64,000 nucleotides of DNA from Candidatus Marinacidobacterales bacterium (lineage in GTDB: Bacteria; Acidobacteriota; Vicinamibacteria; Marinacidobacterales; SMYC01): contig CBDCYI010000004.1 of assembly GCA_965224085.1 (NCBI GenBank), positions 1,728,001 through 1,792,000 on the forward strand, written 5' to 3'. Positions 61,409 through 64,000 of this stretch are shown one piece after another. The stretch's first letter is position 1, and each line of letters begins with the position of its first letter. A program made the position numbers and the translations under genes. Below the pieces are notes generated by a model that ran no database searches, was not told where the DNA came from, and worked only from the letters and a program-made list of their open reading frames with translations.

Positions 61409-63271
61409 GTGAGTCAATTTTTTTTGTGGCTGCCGTTTTCGCCTGGGCAGCAGGTACGACGGACCATCTCCGAGATGGGACGCGCAAGCCGCTCGCAGCC
61501 AGACGAGCTCGAAGACCATTGCCAGCTGCCGGACCTCGGCGTCGGAACGCTCGAGCGGGACAGCGCACCGTCAGCACAGCCCGCGACGCTCGCCGGACAC
61601 CATTTATGGTTCTTCGGCGAAGCCTATGACGGCCATGGGCTCGGCAACGTTGAGGCGGTTGAGGCGGTCGAGGCCTTCGACTTCCGGCGAAAGCTCCTCG
61701 AGCTCGTCCTCGATCAAGGACCCGACGTCTTGCGAGCGCTGGATGGCGCGTATGTCGTCGCCCTTTGGCGAGCAGAGAGCACAACGCTCAGAGTCGTGAA
61801 CGATCGTTACGGCACCCTCCCTCTCTACTGGTCCAACAACGGCGACGGCTTCGCCATGGCCAGCACCGTCCGAGCCATATTGATGGCCCCGGGAGTCGAG
61901 CCTATGCCGGACATCCAGGCGCTTCGTGAAGCCGTGACTTTCGGAGGCTACCGCCTCGGAGAGCGTACCAACGTCGAAAACGTGAAAATGCTTTACGGAG
62001 GGACCGAGCTCTCTGTGCGCGGCAACACGGTCACAAAGAAGCGCTACTGGAGCTATGCGGCGATCGAAGAACGCGACTCTGGACTCGACGTCGACGTGCT
62101 GATCGAGCAAGCAAGCGAGCTCTGGACCCGAGCGATCAGGCGTCGCTTGCCGCGAAACGGGCGATCGGGGCAGACCTTGAGCGGCGGCCTCGATAGCCGC
62201 GCCATCCTCGCCGAAGCGGCGCCTTCGTGTCCTGAATGGGTCGCGGTGAGCTACGGCCTTCCGAATAGCGATGACGTCCAGATCGCGAAACGCGCTGCCG
62301 AAGCTTCCGGCGTAGCGTGGGTCTACCACGATCCTTATATGCGCGAGCCGCACTGGCTCGAATCCCGCACGAGCTTCGTTCAACAGACGGACGGGCTCAT
62401 CGACCTGACGGATCTGATGCACGTCGCTTCCGTCCACGCACAGGCCCAACAACTCGACGTGCATTTCAGCGGTTATATCGGAGACGCCGTGTGCGGCCCC
62501 ACCTTCACCGATGTCGAAAACGCTTTGGACCTCAAGAGCGCCCTTCCCTTTTACGGGACGCGTCTCGGGATGGACGATGTCGACGCCGAGCGCCGGATCG
62601 AGGAGATCGTCGCAGGACTTTCCGGCGCTCCGCCTCGTTTCGCGCTCTTCGAGCACAAGATCCCACAATCGACGAATCGATGGGTCGACGCGTGGCGGCC
62701 ATGGCTCGCGGTACGGCGGCCGTTTCTCGATTACGACCTATTCGATTTCTGGCAAGGCTTGCCGGTCACGCTTCGCCGTGAAGGTCGCCTATACGAACGC
62801 TGGCTGACGCACCGCTTTCCGGAGCTCTTCCGAACGATCCCGAACCAGAAAGACATGGTCCCCGTTCTCAGCTCACCACTGCGTCGCCAGATCGTTCGAA
62901 GCGTTCGCTTTGCGACACGCAAAGTGCTCGGAGTGGTGAATCTGAAGACACGCTCGCGCAGCTATCACGATGAGCACGGGCACTGGTCCCAGCCAAAGAA
63001 TCGGAGCCGGATCTAAGAAGCGATTCTTCGCCCGGAATCGGTGTCTTGCGACGTCTTCGGGCGCAACACCGTCCGAGCGTTTCTCACACATTGGTTCGAG
63101 ACGAGCTTGAACCCTACCCAAGTGATCGGTGCCTTATACGTCTTCGAGACCTATCATCGCGACCTCGCGAGTCATCTTGGAGAAAGTGCGCAGAAACAGC
63201 ACGAACAAGCTCCGATCACGATGCTCGAGACAGCGCCGCCAAGAACCGCTCGCGAAAACGGGCCGCCGTAA
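61409..63271 (+). pseudogene. Asparagine synthetase-like amidotransferase with in-frame TAA at 63014-63016
   Basis: LDGAY, NDRYGTLPLY, LSGGLDSR, RRPFLDYDL; ORF 63041-63271 is in the same frame. Confidence 0.8.
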
Positions 63272-63735
63272 ACTGCGTTTCGAATCGCCTTCGGGCCTCG
63301 GCGCCCATCGCGCGCCTTTTTTCGGGCTTTCCAAAGAGCTCGACGATGAGGTCTGCTAGTCGCTCTTTGGCGTCGAGTGCATCGGGGGCGACGACGAACC
63401 CCGTCACGCCGTCTTCTATGATCTCGCTCGGAGCACCTTCTCCACCGATACAGAGTTTGGAAGCGCGCATGGCTTCGAGAAAGACGAGGCCAAAGCCTTC
63501 GCCGCGGCTCGGCATGATGAAAAAGGCGCACTCGCTGTAGAGCTTCTCGAGCTTCTCGTCATCGACCGTACCGACAAAGCGAATGCTCCCCGAAAGCTTC
63601 AACGCGCGCGCCTTGTTCTCGAGGCGATTCCGATCGTTTCCGCCACCCACCACGACGAGCTCCGCGTCGGGGTGGCGCTCGGCAACGTCGTCCCAGATTT
63701 CGAGCAGAAGATCGTGTCCCTTGTACTCCGAAGAG
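63216..63735 (-). pseudogene. C-terminal half of a GT4 glycosyltransferase
   Basis: YKGHD, MPSRGEGFGLVFLEAM, DGVTG; N-terminal half replaced by unrelated sequence. Confidence 0.8.
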
Positions 63736-63918
63736 GAACGAAGGGACGAACATCGATGGGAGCCCGAAGTCCAGATAGGCTTCCGCCGCATATCCGAAAG
63801 CGATGCTCGTACCTTGCTCCGCCCCGGCGACAAAAACCCCGGAATAGGTGCGCACCATTTCACTGTCCGATAAAAGCGCGCCTTTGTCCGGAAAGAGAAT
63901 TCTCGGTGTCACGACCAA
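63736..63918 (-). pseudogene. Internal fragment of a Wzy-like polysaccharide membrane protein
   Basis: TPRILFPDK..GTSIAFGYAAEAYLDFG..F. Confidence 0.5.
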
Positions 63919-64000
63919 ATCCTCATCCCCCCCGGGCTCCTGAGCCCTAGACGAGATACAGTTGTGGATGAGCTCAATCTTCTCGGCAGGAACGCCCGAC

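Noticed and set aside
49849-63271. Lasso peptide cluster (PqqD, kinase, NTase and Asn-synthetase-like cyclase)
   Set aside because: No transglutaminase-like B2 peptidase in the window, the precursor core has no Asp/Glu for a macrolactam, and the AsnB-like gene sits among sugar-modification genes

Overview
A GC-rich bacterial window. The gene repertoire (Ser/Thr kinase fused to a TolB-like propeller, carboxypeptidase-regulatory-domain TonB receptor, GT-C membrane proteins, choice-of-anchor B protein) suggests Acidobacteriota, but this is inference only. From 1 to 47 kb it is mostly housekeeping and transport: E1beta/E2, rnd, xth, lhgO, pepA, acs, trkAH, and DAACS, NhaC and SSS transporters. 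This stretch also holds an intact ISAzo13-family IS inserted exactly in a stop codon, an IS91-like remnant, a pair of Rieske-fused enzymes and a small Tudor-like/histone-H1-like protein. From 47 to 64 kb is an exopolysaccharide/capsule locus: sigma54 promoter, wzc, outer-membrane barrel, priming sugar transferase, GT4s, fcl, carbamoyltransferase and an Asn-synthetase-like gene. Built into it is a RiPP-type cassette of nucleotidyltransferase, HprK-like kinase, PqqD/RRE and radical SAM/SPASM. The best finding is a 59-aa precursor-like peptide gene at 54021-54200 (-) that is absent from the ORF track; it has a YxxP leader motif, two Cys and a C-terminal Ser. Several abrupt gene-to-gene junctions and many frameshifts mean deletion-driven decay or assembly chimerism/errors must be considered throughout.
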